Assembly (NCBI GenBank): GCA_963749075.1
Contig: CAVVLJ010000016.1
Span: 1,088,001-1,152,000 of the forward strand
DNA from: an uncultured Pseudomonadota bacterium
GTDB taxonomy: Bacteria > Pseudomonadota > Alphaproteobacteria > JACZXZ01
DNA: 64,000 nt
Direction: 5' to 3'
Shown here: piece after piece, positions 42,543 to 54,897 of the stretch
Numbering within the stretch: the stretch's first letter is position 1
Layout: each line of letters starts with the position of its first letter
The notes under the pieces: model-generated
What the model saw: only the letters and a program-made list of their open reading frames with translations
Databases searched by the model: none
What the model was told of the DNA's origin: nothing
Made by a program: the position numbers and the translations under genes

Positions 42543-42866
42543 GAAGACCTGCTGCCACACGATCCCGTTCGCGGTTCCGGGGAGCGAGGGGAAGGTCGCA
42601 AAGAAAGGCTGGACGAAAGTGCCAGTGGGAGAGCCAGAGATCGTGAGATTTCCTTTGAACGTGGCCGGACCTCCCCAATTGATGCCGACGAGTACGAGGC
42701 AATTGCAGCAGCAGCCCGATTTGAGAGCGGGCGTGAGGTCAACGACATCGTTGAAGGTGGCATTGCCCTCCGTCTTTTTGTCGTAGACGGACACGCAGTT
42801 GAGGAAGGCGGCGAGCTCGTTGTCGGCATTGTTCACAGTCAGCGTGACTTTCGTTGGTGCGGGCAT
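42528..42866 (-). CDS. hypothetical 112-aa beta-sandwich (galactose-binding-like jelly-roll) protein
   Basis: GAGG RBS; NADNELAAFLN...DLTPALKSGCCCNCLVLVGINWGGPA resembles the ADN..YxNG...GxNxxAV..NxGGPAG pattern of jelly-roll carbohydrate-binding domains. Fold call is tentative. Confidence 0.65.
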   Translation of the reverse strand: MPAPTKVTLTVNNADNELAAFLNCVSVYDKKTEGNATFNDVVDLTPALKSGCCCNCLVLVGINWGGPATFKGNLTISGSPTGTFVQPFFATFPSLPGTANGIVWQQVFNIPY

Positions 42867-43285
42867 GTTCTTCCTCGCTCTATGGGTCGACATCCCCCCG
42901 ATGACCGACCCACGGGCGCGCCCTCGGAGTCACCGGTCGGGTCAGTCGTCGGCATCGTGTCATTCGGGTCCGCGGGATGGGCGCCCGGCCGTTTCTTGCT
43001 CTGACCTATGGGTGATAGATCAGAATATAATTACTCTTATAGGTTGCTGATCGCATTGGCGCGCAGCAAAGCGGGAGGCTCGCGCCGGGTCAGCACCACC
43101 GCGAGGCCACGGGCGCGTTTCCCGGCCGCATCGCGGTCGGAGATGCCGCGGACGTCGTCCACGGCGGCTCGATCAAGACGCAGACGATGCGAAAGGCCGG
43201 TGCTAAGGGGCAATCATCGCCCTAGCGGAAACAGCACGGAAGCATTACATACCGGTCGGGCGGAAAATCCTCGCGAGTTGAGACG

Positions 43286-43687
43286 ATGCAAGCAGTCCTC
43301 ATCGTGATCCACATGATCCTCGCGGCGGGGCTCATCGCGGTCGTGCTGCTGCAGCGGAGCGAGGGGGGCGCTCTCGGCATCGGCGGCGGCGGCGGCATGA
43401 GCGGCTTCATGACCGGGCGCGGTGCCTCCAACCTGCTCACCCGCACGACGGCCATCCTCGCCCTCGGCTTCATGCTGACGAGCCTGTCGCTCGCCTGGCT
43501 GGCGGGCCGCGCCCCCGCGCACCGCTCGATTCTCGACCAGCCGCCCGGGCAAAGTACCCCGCAGCAGCCGGCACCCGCCACGGCCGCGACTCCGTCGGTT
43601 CCCGCGGCTCCCGCCGCGCCGGCAACGGGTGCCGCACCCGCGGCACCGGCAACGCCGAAGACGCCGGCCCCGCCCATCGGGCAGTAG
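43286..43687 (+). CDS. secG: preprotein translocase subunit SecG
   Basis: VLLQRSEGGALG, RGASNLLTRTT; Pro/Ala-rich tail; tpiA-secG-pyrG synteny. Confidence 0.96.
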   Translation: MQAVLIVIHMILAAGLIAVVLLQRSEGGALGIGGGGGMSGFMTGRGASNLLTRTTAILALGFMLTSLSLAWLAGRAPAHRSILDQPPGQSTPQQPAPATAATPSVPAAPAAPATGAAPAAPATPKTPAPPIGQ

Positions 43688-43768
43688 CCCTTTGTCAAGC
43701 GCATAATTTTCGCTGGCGCCCCCTAGGGTGTCTCTTTCACGTTGGCTTGGCGCGCGGGCGCGCTATAA

Positions 43769-45406
<1,638 letters not shown>

Positions 45407-45472
45407 CCGACGCGGCTGCAGTGTTGGATGCGTCGCCTGCCATGGCCTTCGCACCCAGCGCCGAGCAGATTT

Positions 45473-45582
45473 CCTCATCCTTCGAGACGGGCCTGCGGCC
45501 CTCCTCAGGATGAGGAAATCCGCCATGTGTGGGGTCGCCTCACCCTGAGGAGCGCGCGCAGCGCGCGTCTCGAAGGGCGAGG
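45473..45582. repeat. intergenic palindromic repeat, family A, copy 3
   Basis: cctcatccttcgagacgggcctgcggccctcctcaggatgagg...cctcaccctgaggagcgcgcgcagcgcgcgtctcgaagggcgagg, downstream of pyrG. Confidence 0.88.
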
Positions 45583-45605
45583 CGACCATGGGCGATGTTG
45601 GTGCC

Positions 45606-45634
45606 TTGTCCGCCATATAAATTGTGCATACAAT
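45606..45634 (+). promoter_or_regulatory. sigma70-type promoter with overlapping palindromic operator (brnTA)
   Basis: TTGTCC-N17-TACAAT; inverted repeat ATTGT-GCAT-ACAAT (45621-45634) over the -10 box. Confidence 0.65.
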
Positions 45635-45636
45635 AA

Positions 45637-45750
45637 GTTCGCCTTATCGAGACCGACACTGGGATCCGGGTCATCAGCTTCCGCAAGGCCAATGAAAGAG
45701 AGGCCAGGAGACATGGCAAAGCGCAAACCCTTGACCGACGAGGAGGGTGA
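45637..45750 (+). pseudogene. 5'-truncated BrnT toxin remnant
   Basis: Frame reads (TAA)VRLIETDTGIRVISFRKANEREARRHGKAQTLDRRGG*, the IRxISxRKAxxRE C-terminus of BrnT; no start codon; overlaps the brnA start. Confidence 0.8.
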
Positions 45751-46000
45751 GGTCCGCGAGCTGACGGCGGAGGATTTTCGACGTTTTCGAAGAGCATCCG
45801 ACGCGCTGTCGCCATCCCTTGCGGCGAAACTCGCGACACGCAGGCGCGGAGCGCAAAAGGCGCCGACCAAGGAGCGCATCACCATCAGGCTGTCGCGCGA
45901 TGTGGTGATCGAGTTCCGCGCCACGGGCGAGGGCTGGCAGACGCGCATGGATCGAGCCTTGCGGGACTGGCTCGCCGGGCGCTCTTCGTATAAGTCTTAG
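45713..46000 (+). CDS. BrnA-family antitoxin
   Basis: AGGAG RBS; GEVRELTAEDF, RGAQKAPTKERITIRLSRDVV..FRATGEGWQTRMDRAL. Confidence 0.9.
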   Translation: MAKRKPLTDEEGEVRELTAEDFRRFRRASDALSPSLAAKLATRRRGAQKAPTKERITIRLSRDVVIEFRATGEGWQTRMDRALRDWLAGRSSYKS

Positions 46001-46032
46001 CGCCTAGGTCTTAACGCCGACCGGACGGACCC

Positions 46033-46875
46033 ATGACCTCTCCCCGCAGCGTCCGCATCGGCGCTCTCGAGATCGCCAACGACCGGCCGCTCACCCTCAT
46101 TGCCGGGCCTTGCGCGCTCGAGTCGCGGGCGCACGCGCTCGAGATGTCCCAGGCGCTCAAGGAGATCGCCACGAAGCTCGGCATCGGCCTCATCTACAAG
46201 ACCTCCTTCGACAAGGCCAACCGCACCTCGATCGAGAGCCCGCGCGGCATGGGGCTCTCGGAGAGCCTGCCCATCCTCGCCGAGGTGCGCGAGAGCCGCG
46301 GCATCCCCGTGCTGACCGACGTGCATGAGCCGCCGCAGTGCGCCATCGTGGCGCAAGCCGCCGACGTGCTGCAGATCCCCGCCTATCTCTGCCGGCAGAC
46401 CGATCTCCTCATAGCCGCCGCGCGCACCGGCCGCGCCATCAACGTGAAGAAGGGCCAGTTCCTCGCCCCCTGGGACATGGCGAACGTCGCCGCCAAGATC
46501 ACCCGCGAGGGCAACTACGACCTGCTGCTCACCGAGCGCGGCGCCTCGTTCGGCTACAACACCCTCGTCTCCGACATGAGGGCACTGCCCATCATGGCCG
46601 AGACCGGTTTCCCCGTGGTCTTCGACGCCACCCATTCGGTGCAGCAGCCGGGCGGGCAGGGGACGAAGAGCGGCGGCCAGCGCGAGTTCGTGGCTACCCT
46701 CGCGCGCGCCGCGGTCGCGGTCGGTGTCGCCGCCGTCTTCATGGAGACGCACCAGGACCCCGACAAGGCGCCGTCCGACGGCCCCAATATGATCAAGCTC
46801 AAGGACTTGCCGGAACTTCTTGCGACGCTCCTCGAGCTCGACCGCATCGTCAAGGCGAAGCCGGCCGCCGTCTAG
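46033..46875 (+). CDS. kdsA: KDO-8-phosphate synthase
   Basis: [42 protein letters not shown]. Confidence 0.97.
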   Translation: MTSPRSVRIGALEIANDRPLTLIAGPCALESRAHALEMSQALKEIATKLGIGLIYKTSFDKANRTSIESPRGMGLSESLPILAEVRESRGIPVLTDVHEPPQCAIVAQAADVLQIPAYLCRQTDLLIAAARTGRAINVKKGQFLAPWDMANVAAKITREGNYDLLLTERGASFGYNTLVSDMRALPIMAETGFPVVFDATHSVQQPGGQGTKSGGQREFVATLARAAVAVGVAAVFMETHQDPDKAPSDGPNMIKLKDLPELLATLLELDRIVKAKPAAV

Positions 46876-47427
46876 ACTGAACTTTGCCCAGGCTCGCCGT
46901 GGCTCCTCCCGAGCAAGCGGTTCACGTGACTCGGCTTTTTTGAGCAAAGTTCAGTCTGAGGCAGGAGACAATGAAGCGCTGTCTGGGCGATGCCCATGCC
47001 GCCGAGCATTGCTGCCTCATCATTCCCCGCGGCGAGGCGATCAGCGCCTTCGTCCCCTTCGACGGCGCTTTAGAGGGCTCCCGGTGCGTCGCAACGGAGC
47101 GGATCTTCGGCCACGGCAACCGTGTGCACCGCAGCGGGCATGTCCTCAATATCCGCGAGCGGTGCCACCGACGGCATTTCGTCAAGGCGACCGTCCAATA
47201 TCCCGACGGAACCCCGGCCATCTCTCATGCCCGCGCTGGTGCGCCGGCCATCGTTACGACAGCACCATCAATAAACCGTAAGAGAAAACAAAATCCCCGG
47301 CCTCGCTTCGCTGGGAAACCGTCAGACGAGTTGCGGATAATGCTACGCGTTCCTTACGACCTCATAGGGCTCGCCAAAGCAGTAGCGGACATATTTTAGG
47401 TGGCGCCGACAAAGAATCCTTTTTCAC

Positions 47428-47456
47428 TTGCACTTCTAGTTGTGGTGAAATACTGT
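47428..47456 (+). promoter_or_regulatory. putative sigma70 promoter of the pilus operon
   Basis: TTGCAC-N17-TACTGT in AT-rich DNA, bracketed by the inverted repeat TTTCAC...GTGAAA. Confidence 0.45.
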
Positions 47457-47490
47457 TGCGCGCGCTCCCTTATTTTGCGGGGCCGTGCTC

Positions 47491-47991
47491 ATGAGATATA
47501 TCGCTCTTGCCTGCGCCGCTGCGATATTGCTCCTTACCGACGGCAGTCTGTCGGTCCCTCTCGCCGTCGCCGCGCCGATGGGACAGGTGACGATTACCGG
47601 CAATGTGCCGATCGCTTGCGATATTGAGGTGCAGCAGGACTCGGGTGCCACCAATATTCCCGATATCTCGGCCGGCGACACCAACCGCCAGGTCGCGACG
47701 ATCACCGAAACTTGCAACAGCCCCGACGGCTATACCGTCACCGTCGTAGGCACCAACTCGGGCGATCATGCCGGCCTGTTCGTCGATATCGTCAGCGGGG
47801 ATTCGCATCCATTCACCATCCGGTACAACGGCAATTCGGTTCCGCCCGGCGGTCTTGTAACGGACAACACCGCGCCGGCCTTCAACGTGCAGAAGATCGT
47901 CGATATCACCTATGCGGCGGATGACACGCTGACCGGCACCGTGGCGGCCACATATGAAGAGACGCTCATCTTCACCATGTTGGCCAAGTAG
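47491..47991 (+). CDS. chaperone-usher pilin subunit (archaic/Csu-like)
   Basis: Signal peptide, N-terminal extension GQVTITGNVPIAC, second Cys (TCNSPDGYTV), C-terminal TYEETLIFTM strand; first gene of the operon. Confidence 0.8.
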   Translation: MRYIALACAAAILLLTDGSLSVPLAVAAPMGQVTITGNVPIACDIEVQQDSGATNIPDISAGDTNRQVATITETCNSPDGYTVTVVGTNSGDHAGLFVDIVSGDSHPFTIRYNGNSVPPGGLVTDNTAPAFNVQKIVDITYAADDTLTGTVAATYEETLIFTMLAK

Positions 47992-47999
47992 GTGCACAC

Positions 48000-48749
48000 A
48001 TGCGTGTCCCCCTGTTCGTCGCTTTTGTCCTGATCCTTTGCGTCGCAATCGAGCACGACGCTCGCGCTCTTCTATTCTCGCCGTTCCGGGCGAGGTTCGA
48101 ACCGTCCGGCGACGCTGCAAACCAGCTCTTCACGGTCGAGAACAATACCGAACAAGCCGCTTCCGTGCAGATTCGCATCACGACGCGCGAGATTGACGTC
48201 GATGGCGGCGAGCAAGACGTCGATGACGAGAAGGACTTCGTGATTTACCCCGCCCAACTCATACTGCAACCGCATGCCACCCGCGCGGTTCGCGTGCAAT
48301 GGGTGGGAAACCCGAATCTCAAGGAGGAGCGGCCGTATCGCATCATCGCCGAGCAGCTGCCGGTCAACCTCGACAAGGAGAGACCCAAGACCAGCGGCGT
48401 CAAGTTTCTCGTCTCCTACCACGGCGCGCTGTTCGTCACGCCCCCGGGCCTCGCAAGCGACGTAACTCTCGACTTTGCCGGCCAGACGCATGATGCCGCG
48501 GGCAAAAAACTGCTGGACGTCGTGCTGCACAATCGCGGCACACAGCACGCCCTGCTCCGCGATCTGAAACTCGCCGTGAAGGACGACAAGGGCAATACGG
48601 TCACCCTCGCAGGCGAAGAAGAGCTCAAGGGCGTCACCGGGGAAACCATCCTCGCCGGACATCGACGGCAATTCTTGATCCCATGGCCCAACGGGCTCGC
48701 CGGCACGCCAAGGCATATCGACATCACGTTCGACAGGCAGGCATTCTGA
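48000..48749 (+). CDS. fimbrial periplasmic chaperone
   Basis: Signal peptide; FVIYPAQLILQP..TRAVRV, ERPYRIIAEQLPV, NRGTQH. Confidence 0.88.
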   Translation: MRVPLFVAFVLILCVAIEHDARALLFSPFRARFEPSGDAANQLFTVENNTEQAASVQIRITTREIDVDGGEQDVDDEKDFVIYPAQLILQPHATRAVRVQWVGNPNLKEERPYRIIAEQLPVNLDKERPKTSGVKFLVSYHGALFVTPPGLASDVTLDFAGQTHDAAGKKLLDVVLHNRGTQHALLRDLKLAVKDDKGNTVTLAGEEELKGVTGETILAGHRRQFLIPWPNGLAGTPRHIDITFDRQAF

Positions 48750-48752
48750 GAG

Positions 48753-51398
48753 ATGTCCGAGCGGGGCACCGCAAGGATAACAAAATATGCCCTGACCTCA
48801 CTGATGCTCTATAGCCTGCTCTGCACGGAGGGCATCGCGGCCAACTTTTCGCCTGAGAATGCGGTGCCGATTTCCCTCCCGCTTTATCTCGATAAGCGCC
48901 CCTTGGGCACGGTTCAGATGCTCATGATGCCGGACCCGCAGGCGAGTTATGTCCAGGTCGGCCCCCTCTTGGCGATGCTCAAAAATCTGGTGCCGGCGGA
49001 CCGGCTGAAGGCCTTGCTTGCCGCCGCCACGCGCGGCTTCCTCAATCTGAAAGACGGCGCCAAGGGGGGCGTGGAGCTGCACTTCGACGAGCGCCTGGCC
49101 GCTCTCGTCGTTACGATACCGTCGGAAAGCAAAATGCGTCGGTCGCTGACGTTGCGCGGGAGTTCCACCGCGTCCAACAAGACGATCACGGCGCCAAGTC
49201 CCGTCTCGGCCTATCTGAATGTCTTCGGCGCACAGGACTTCGTGGATAGCGGCCTGCCCGCGCAAGACATGGGGCGGCAACCCTTCCGGACGAGCGTCGA
49301 CGGCGCGCTGAACATGAGCGGTTGGGTGCTGGAGAGCAGCGGCAATTATCTCGAGGGCGACCCGCATTCGTGGCAACGCAATGACACGCGACTGGTGCAT
49401 GACCTGCCGGACAGCATGATGCGCACGGCCATGGGCGATCTCTCCTATCCGATCGAGGGTTTCCAGAGCTTTCAGCCCATGCTCGGCCTGACGCTGGCGC
49501 GCGATTTCGACTTGCAGCCCTACCGTGTCTCCGAGCCGACCGGCCAGACATCCTTCTTCCTCAATTCGCCGTCGCGCGTGGACATCTATGTCAACGACCG
49601 AAAGGTGCAAACCCTGCAGCTGAACTCCGGCCCTTACAACATCTCCGAATTTCCGGTCGTCAACGGCAGCAACAACGTCAAACTGGTCATCACCGATGCT
49701 ACCGGGCGCGTGGAAATCAAGGACGTCGATATCGTCAGCGACTCCAATCTGCTCGCCGCCGGCCTGGGCCAATTCGCCTACAACGTCGGTTTTGTTTCCA
49801 GCACAGCGGACCGCCAGCAGCACTACGATTTCGGTCAACCGGTCCTTTCGGTCTTTCACCGTTATGGCTTCACGGACAGCCTGACGTTGGGCGCCAACAT
49901 GCAGGCTGACGTCAGCCAGCAGATGGCCGGATTCGATACCACCATGGGCACCGCCTGGGGCGTCCTGCGCACCGATCTGGGCGGCAGCCATCTTGGAAGC
50001 GGCAAAAACGGCGTCGCCTGGCAAATTCAATACCAGATCGTCGATCGCGGAGATGTCGGAGCCGATCTGAGCTTCGATGGAACGAAGAATTTCACCATGC
50101 TCGCCGATTATCGCAGCAGAAACTTCGCGCCGCTCGGGCTTTTGCTGCCGGACAATACGTCGTCCTACCAGGTGACTGCACGCTACAGCCAGCAATTGTC
50201 GCCAACAGTGAATGCCGGCGTTGGCACCAGCTACGAGGTCGGCCGCAGCGGGCAGCGCGACGACTCCGACTACACCCTCTCGCTGGACAAGCAGTTTTCC
50301 GCCGGCATCCACGTCAATGTCACTCTCGAACGCCGTACCGTCGGCGGCTATGGCGTTTTCGCGAATCTGAGCTGGACGCCCTGGAATTCGCGCCACTCGG
50401 TCAACAGCAGCTACGACAGCTTCAGCAAGACGGCCCGGGTCGACTGGGACTACGCGCAGGAGAACCAGTCGGACAGCCTCAGCGCCTCCGCCGGCGCCGT
50501 GCGCACGGAAGACCGCTACGACGCCAGCGGCAGCATTACTTACTACGGCGAGCGCGGCCAGGCCTCGGCTAGCCACGATGTCGTCACGCCGTACGGAAGC
50601 GGCAATGGCCAGTTGAGCGCGATCGAATCCGTGACCGAGCTTCGCTTCGCCTCGGCGATCGTCTATAGCGGCGGCCATGTGGCGCTGTCGCGCCCGGTCC
50701 GCGATAGCTTCGCGATCTTCGCGCCCGATCCGTCGATCGAGGATTATCCGATCGGCATCAATCCGCAACTCCGCCCGGGCGGCGAGCGCGGCTACGAAGC
50801 CGCGACAGATGGCTGGGGGCCGGCCGTGCTGCCGGACCTGACGCCCTATCTCTACCGCACGGTTCGGGTGGACGCGAGCAAGCTGCCGCCCGGGTACGAC
50901 GCCGGCGACAGCACCTACACCTTCTTTCCCACTTACCGCAGCGGCACCTTCGTGCGGCTCGGCAGCGATGCTAACGTGCTGCTCGACGGCACGCTGCAAT
51001 ACATGGACAGGACGCCCGTGGCGCTGCAGGCGGGAACGGTCAGCCTTGCGGGGAAGGGAGAGGCCGTTCCCGAAGCCTTCTTCACCAACCGCGCCGGCCG
51101 CTTCCGCATCGAGAAGCTGAAACCGGGTCGGTACGTGCTCGAGCTCTATAGCTTCCCCGGCATTGTCCTTCCTCTCATCGTGCCCGAAGGTGCGGCGGGA
51201 CCGACTGAGGCGGGCATATTGACGCTACCGGTGACATCCGACGGAAATAAGCGCGTCATATCGGCTTCCCCATCGAAACGCGGAACGCCGCCCGTGCCGG
51301 CGGCAAGTCCGGTACCGGCACTTGGCCCTGTGCCTCGCCATGAAAGCGTACCCTTGTCCGCACCTGATCCATCTGAACGGGAGGAAAGCGGCCCATGA
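48753..51398 (+). CDS. outer-membrane usher
   Basis: 881 aa; GDL, PSRVDIYVN, GPY, DATGR, LLAAGL..F.Y..G, YGFTDSLTLG, C-terminal PxYRSG...FFTNRAGRF domains. Confidence 0.9.
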   Translation: MSERGTARITKYALTSLMLYSLLCTEGIAANFSPENAVPISLPLYLDKRPLGTVQMLMMPDPQASYVQVGPLLAMLKNLVPADRLKALLAAATRGFLNLKDGAKGGVELHFDERLAALVVTIPSESKMRRSLTLRGSSTASNKTITAPSPVSAYLNVFGAQDFVDSGLPAQDMGRQPFRTSVDGALNMSGWVLESSGNYLEGDPHSWQRNDTRLVHDLPDSMMRTAMGDLSYPIEGFQSFQPMLGLTLARDFDLQPYRVSEPTGQTSFFLNSPSRVDIYVNDRKVQTLQLNSGPYNISEFPVVNGSNNVKLVITDATGRVEIKDVDIVSDSNLLAAGLGQFAYNVGFVSSTADRQQHYDFGQPVLSVFHRYGFTDSLTLGANMQADVSQQMAGFDTTMGTAWGVLRTDLGGSHLGSGKNGVAWQIQYQIVDRGDVGADLSFDGTKNFTMLADYRSRNFAPLGLLLPDNTSSYQVTARYSQQLSPTVNAGVGTSYEVGRSGQRDDSDYTLSLDKQFSAGIHVNVTLERRTVGGYGVFANLSWTPWNSRHSVNSSYDSFSKTARVDWDYAQENQSDSLSASAGAVRTEDRYDASGSITYYGERGQASASHDVVTPYGSGNGQLSAIESVTELRFASAIVYSGGHVALSRPVRDSFAIFAPDPSIEDYPIGINPQLRPGGERGYEAATDGWGPAVLPDLTPYLYRTVRVDASKLPPGYDAGDSTYTFFPTYRSGTFVRLGSDANVLLDGTLQYMDRTPVALQAGTVSLAGKGEAVPEAFFTNRAGRFRIEKLKPGRYVLELYSFPGIVLPLIVPEGAAGPTEAGILTLPVTSDGNKRVISASPSKRGTPPVPAASPVPALGPVPRHESVPLSAPDPSEREESGP

Positions 51399-52360
51399 AA
51401 TTCTGGGCCGTTCTCTTTCTCTGGCTTTTCCTCCCGCAGCGAGTGGAGGCGGTATGCGTCAACTTGTCTTTCGGCACCGTACCGTCGGTCGCCATGTTCG
51501 AGGGCGGCAGCGGCGGCTATTCCGTCTACGATCCGGAGGAATACCTTCAGACCGTCGGCTTTCAGGTGCGCGGCGAGGCCTCCGGCGCGACCTGCGAATA
51601 TTTCGTGACGCTGAGTGAGGGACGGTCGGGCAATTTCGACCAGCGCAAGCTATCGGAGATGATCAACACGCTCGACTACAACGCCTACATTAATGCCGGC
51701 AAGAGCAATATCCTCAAGGCGCCGCCGACCGCAACGCAAAGCGAAGTCATTTCGGGAAGCTTTCCCCTGCAACTTTCATTCATGCAGACGAACGCCCATG
51801 AATTCTTCTGGACAATCACGCCCCAACAGGTGGCTCCCGCTTCCGGCCTGCTTTATGCCGACAACAATCTGACGCTCAGCCTCTATAGCGGTCTGCTGCT
51901 TTTCGCCCCGACGCTGGTCGCTACGAAAACTATTACCCTGCAGACGCGCGTGGACAGCAGCGTCGATGTCTCCTTGGTCGAATCCGGGGCACCCTTCGAT
52001 ATCAGCGAGACGACGCAACTGGTGGATTTCGGCACGCTCGAGAGCGGCGAGCAGCGCGGCTTTAACGTCGTAGTGCGCAGCAACAACGGCTATGTCGTGA
52101 CGATGCAATCGCAGAATCATCAGCTGCTGGTCCATTCGCGGGCTCCAGCGGTCCCCGATACCGTCGCCTACAGCGTCGTCTTCAACGGCGGCGGCGTCGA
52201 TCTTTCGACCGGAGCGCCCGTGCAGATCGTCAGCGGCACCGGCACCACGCCCGCGACCGGCACGGCCTATCCCATCGAATTCGTCGTCGGTACATTATCC
52301 GGCACTGAGGCCGCCGGCACTTATTCCGACATCATCGATGTCGAAGTCACGGCTAATTGA
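51395..52360 (+). CDS. two-domain chaperone-usher tip adhesin (spore coat U-like)
   Basis: Signal peptide, Cys pair, LDYNAY, VDFGTL, VRSNNGY, C-terminal AGTYSDIIDVEVT pilin strand; ATGA overlap with the usher gene. Confidence 0.8.
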   Translation: MKFWAVLFLWLFLPQRVEAVCVNLSFGTVPSVAMFEGGSGGYSVYDPEEYLQTVGFQVRGEASGATCEYFVTLSEGRSGNFDQRKLSEMINTLDYNAYINAGKSNILKAPPTATQSEVISGSFPLQLSFMQTNAHEFFWTITPQQVAPASGLLYADNNLTLSLYSGLLLFAPTLVATKTITLQTRVDSSVDVSLVESGAPFDISETTQLVDFGTLESGEQRGFNVVVRSNNGYVVTMQSQNHQLLVHSRAPAVPDTVAYSVVFNGGGVDLSTGAPVQIVSGTGTTPATGTAYPIEFVVGTLSGTEAAGTYSDIIDVEVTAN

Positions 52361-52656
52361 GGGAGGGGGCTCCAGGAAAGCCAAGTCCCGCCGCATGTTT
52401 GGCCGCACGCCGAGGACGCTTGGAGCGTTCGAGCACCCAGCCGCGGTGGCGTGGCGACTTGACCATGGACATCGGGCAGCAGTGCGGCCATCATTCCGAG
52501 GTGGATAGGCGCGCTCATCTCCGTATATCGCCGCGGTCCGCGGCGGGCCCGGCTCATCGCGGCGTCTTGGGTGAGAGATGCCGCATGTATTCCTGAGCCA
52601 ACTCGCACGGTCGTCCCGCCCATGAGAGAAGTCCGCCCGGTCCGACGGACGCCTAG

Positions 52657-53949
<1,293 letters not shown>

Positions 53950-54130
53950 AGACGCCCGCGACTCGACGGTGCGCGCCGCCGCGGGGAACCTGTTTCCGCC
54001 GCCGCCGGCCGCCGCTAAGCATGGCTTGGCATGCGAAACGCGGGAGATTTTGCCCTGCGCGCGCGCAAAACGCGCGCTTTCGCGACTTGCCTATTGACCG
54101 GCTCGGAGCATCTGTGATTCGATTTCGGCC

Positions 54131-54460
54131 ATGAGCCTCGCGCGCGAGATCACCCGGCGGCTGCCCAACATCTCGGCCCAGCTCGTGCTGGCCTGCGTCG
54201 TATTCTATTTCGCCTACCACGCCGTCGAGGGCGACCGCGGCCTCAACGCCTGGTGGCGGCTCAGCCACAAGATCGAGCTCTCCGAGGCGACGCTCGCCGC
54301 ACTCGACAGCCAGCGCGACAGCCTCGAGGACCGCGTAGCAATCCTGCGCCCGCAGAGCCTCGACCCCGACATGCTCGAGGAGCGCGCGCGCGTGCTGCTC
54401 AACTTCGGCCGGCCCGACGAGATCGTCATCCTCTGGCCCAAGGGGCGGGAGAAGGAGTAG
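54131..54460 (+). CDS. ftsB: septum formation initiator (FtsB/DivIC)
   Basis: TM helix, GDRGL, coiled coil, LDPDMLEERAR; eno-ftsB-pdhA synteny. Confidence 0.9.
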   Translation: MSLAREITRRLPNISAQLVLACVVFYFAYHAVEGDRGLNAWWRLSHKIELSEATLAALDSQRDSLEDRVAILRPQSLDPDMLEERARVLLNFGRPDEIVILWPKGREKE

Positions 54461-54491
54461 GGGGCGTCAGGCCACAGGACCTACCTGGGTC

Positions 54492-54520
54492 TTGCTGAGC
54501 ATAACTTACCGTGTTATGTT
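54492..54520 (+). promoter_or_regulatory. promoter plus inverted-repeat operator of a TA operon (probably leaderless)
   Basis: TTGCTG-N17-TATGTT, ATG 5 nt after the -10 box; CATAAC-N7-GTTATG at 54500-54518. Confidence 0.6.
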
Positions 54521-54525
54521 ATCGT

Positions 54526-54897
54526 ATGGATGAAGGCGAGCTTGAGCCGCTGCTTGCCTTGGATGGCGCTGAATTCGAGATGGCCCCTGGGGCCGTCGTC
54601 GAATTCACCGTCCGGCGCACCGAGCCAACGGCAGAGCGCCCGCACGGGATCAGCTATGCCCTCGTCTTGCGTCCGAAGCGCGGCGGCGCGCCCTGGGTGC
54701 GATTTGATAATGCGCACGCAGTTCGACCGCCGGGCCGAGGCTACAAGCGAAAACGTGCAGCCTTTGACCACTGGCACCGCACAGCGAAGGACAAAGGCCA
54801 ACCTTACGACTTCGCAACGGCCATTCAGTTGCTCGAAGATTTCTGGCTGGAGGTGAAAAGGACGCTCGATGAAAAAGGCATCCCCAACGACCTATAA
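54526..54897 (+). CDS. DUF6516/TumE-family putative toxin
   Basis: ERPHGISYALVL, RFDNAH, DHWH, YDF...LLEDFW.EV; overlaps the downstream HTH gene. Confidence 0.75.
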   Translation: MDEGELEPLLALDGAEFEMAPGAVVEFTVRRTEPTAERPHGISYALVLRPKRGGAPWVRFDNAHAVRPPGRGYKRKRAAFDHWHRTAKDKGQPYDFATAIQLLEDFWLEVKRTLDEKGIPNDL

